Below, piece after piece: positions 42,392 to 42,854 of a DNA stretch of 42,854 bases. A program made the position numbers and the translations under genes. The stretch comes from a virus. Position 1 is the first letter of the stretch. The number at the start of each line of letters is the position of its first letter. The notes under the pieces were generated by a model. It was not told where the DNA came from and ran no database searches. It saw only the letters and a program-made list of their open reading frames with translations. The stretch is taken from the IMG/VR virus record IMGVR_UViG_3300009773_000002, one strand, 5' to 3'.

Positions 42392-42435
42392 GAGGGTCTG
42401 AGCGGATCACCCTCACCAACCCGCAAGGGTAGAAC
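42392..42435 (+). promoter_or_regulatory. Two-hairpin intergenic RNA module, copy A
   Basis: GAGGGT-ctgagcggatc-ACCCTC, ACCA, ACCC-GCAA-GGGT, AGAAC. Confidence 0.55.
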
Positions 42436-42473
42436 AAAAACACACAAGCGCGAAAAGCGCGGAAAGGCACAAG

Positions 42474-42680
42474 ATGGTATCATATGAATTTTCGCTATTA
42501 GCAACAGGTTGCAAAACGGTCGAAGAATTTACAGATGCTTTTTATGACAAAAAGCCTGTACATTACACAACATCAAACATAAGAAAAGAATATTGCGACA
42601 GATGTCAAAATATGGATTGTGAGAACTGTTTCATCCATGATAGCCTTTTCACAATATATGAAGAAAATCCGTTTGCATAG
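42474..42680 (+). CDS. Small Cys-rich early protein (68 aa, ...CDRCQNMDCENC...)
   Basis: Track ORF. GGAAAGGCACAAG lies before the ATG. Confidence 0.65.
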   Translation: MVSYEFSLLATGCKTVEEFTDAFYDKKPVHYTTSNIRKEYCDRCQNMDCENCFIHDSLFTIYEENPFA

Positions 42681-42692
42681 TTCCTACGCCTT

Positions 42693-42736
42693 GAGGGTCT
42701 GAGCGGATCACCCTCACCAGTCCGCAAGGGCAGAAC
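42693..42736 (+). promoter_or_regulatory. Two-hairpin intergenic RNA module, copy B (runs into the terminal repeat)
   Basis: GAGGGT-ctgagcggatc-ACCCTC, ACCA, GTCC-GCAA-GGGC, AGAAC. Confidence 0.55.
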
Positions 42737-42854
42737 GAAAGCCGATGCTTCAAGCATCAAAGAAAGGAAGGTACACAATGAGTAACTATCATATTGGACG
42801 CAGAAGCCCGATGCTATGTCAAACAATCAATCAGTCAGAATCAGACGTGCAGTA
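42732..42854. repeat. Terminal direct repeat, copy 2 (identical to 1-123)
   Basis: Exact 123-bp identity with the window start. Confidence 0.9.
42778..42854 (+). CDS. 5' part of the same gene as 47-190 (duplicate caused by the window overlap)
   Basis: Lies inside the terminal repeat. Confidence 0.5.
   Translation, partial: MSNYHIGRRSPMLCQTINQSESDVQ

Noticed and set aside
42392-42418. A hairpin followed by ACCA, resembling a tRNA acceptor minihelix; also a CUGAGCG loop vaguely like a hammerhead CUGANGA core
   Set aside because: There are no D, anticodon or T arms, so it is not a tRNA. The hammerhead core does not match (no GAAA or stem II/III arrangement). I kept it only as part of the unexplained RNA module.

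Overview
The window is a complete, circularly closed dsDNA phage genome. Bases 1-123 recur exactly at 42732-42854, leaving 42,731 unique bp. I saw no integrase, rRNA, tRNA or CRISPR array.

Two divergent arms leave one control region (about 41855-42229) and converge at 15778-15781.

- The rightward (+) arm runs 42230 -> window junction -> 15781. It carries early and replication genes: many small ORFs, a PD-(D/E)XK (DUF1064-like) nuclease, a DUF1351-like protein, RecT, an MBL-fold hydrolase, SSB, two orphan DNA methyltransferases, a DUF1376-type replication initiator, two DUF4406-like paralogues, an ArpU/sigma-like regulator and YopX.
- The leftward (-) arm runs 41854 -> 15778. It starts with four tiny genes plus an XRE-HTH gene. 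Then come TerS-like, PBSX-type TerL, portal, scaffold, capsid, several receptor-binding-like proteins, a 2009-aa HExxH protein, holin and an NlpC/P60 endolysin.

No tail tube, sheath or tape-measure gene is recognisable, so the virion is probably podovirus-like. Strong GGAGG ribosome-binding sites, sigma-A-like promoters and the gene families point to a Firmicutes host (inference).

Most interesting observations:
1. CCATATGG iterons at exact 12-bp phasing occur inside the initiator gene and again next to a 540-bp AT-rich, repeat-dense non-coding region.
2. A conserved two-hairpin RNA module (GCAA tetraloop, compensatory changes) is present three times between early genes.
3. Matched operator and promoter geometry sits in front of both early transcription units.
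4. An Acr/Aca-style small-gene plus HTH operon is followed by a promoter-leader-terminator cassette in front of the packaging genes.
5. DUF4406-like paralogues bracket the methyltransferase/replication block.
6. A shared ~95-aa domain occurs in three virion proteins.

All family names were recognised by eye and need HMM confirmation.
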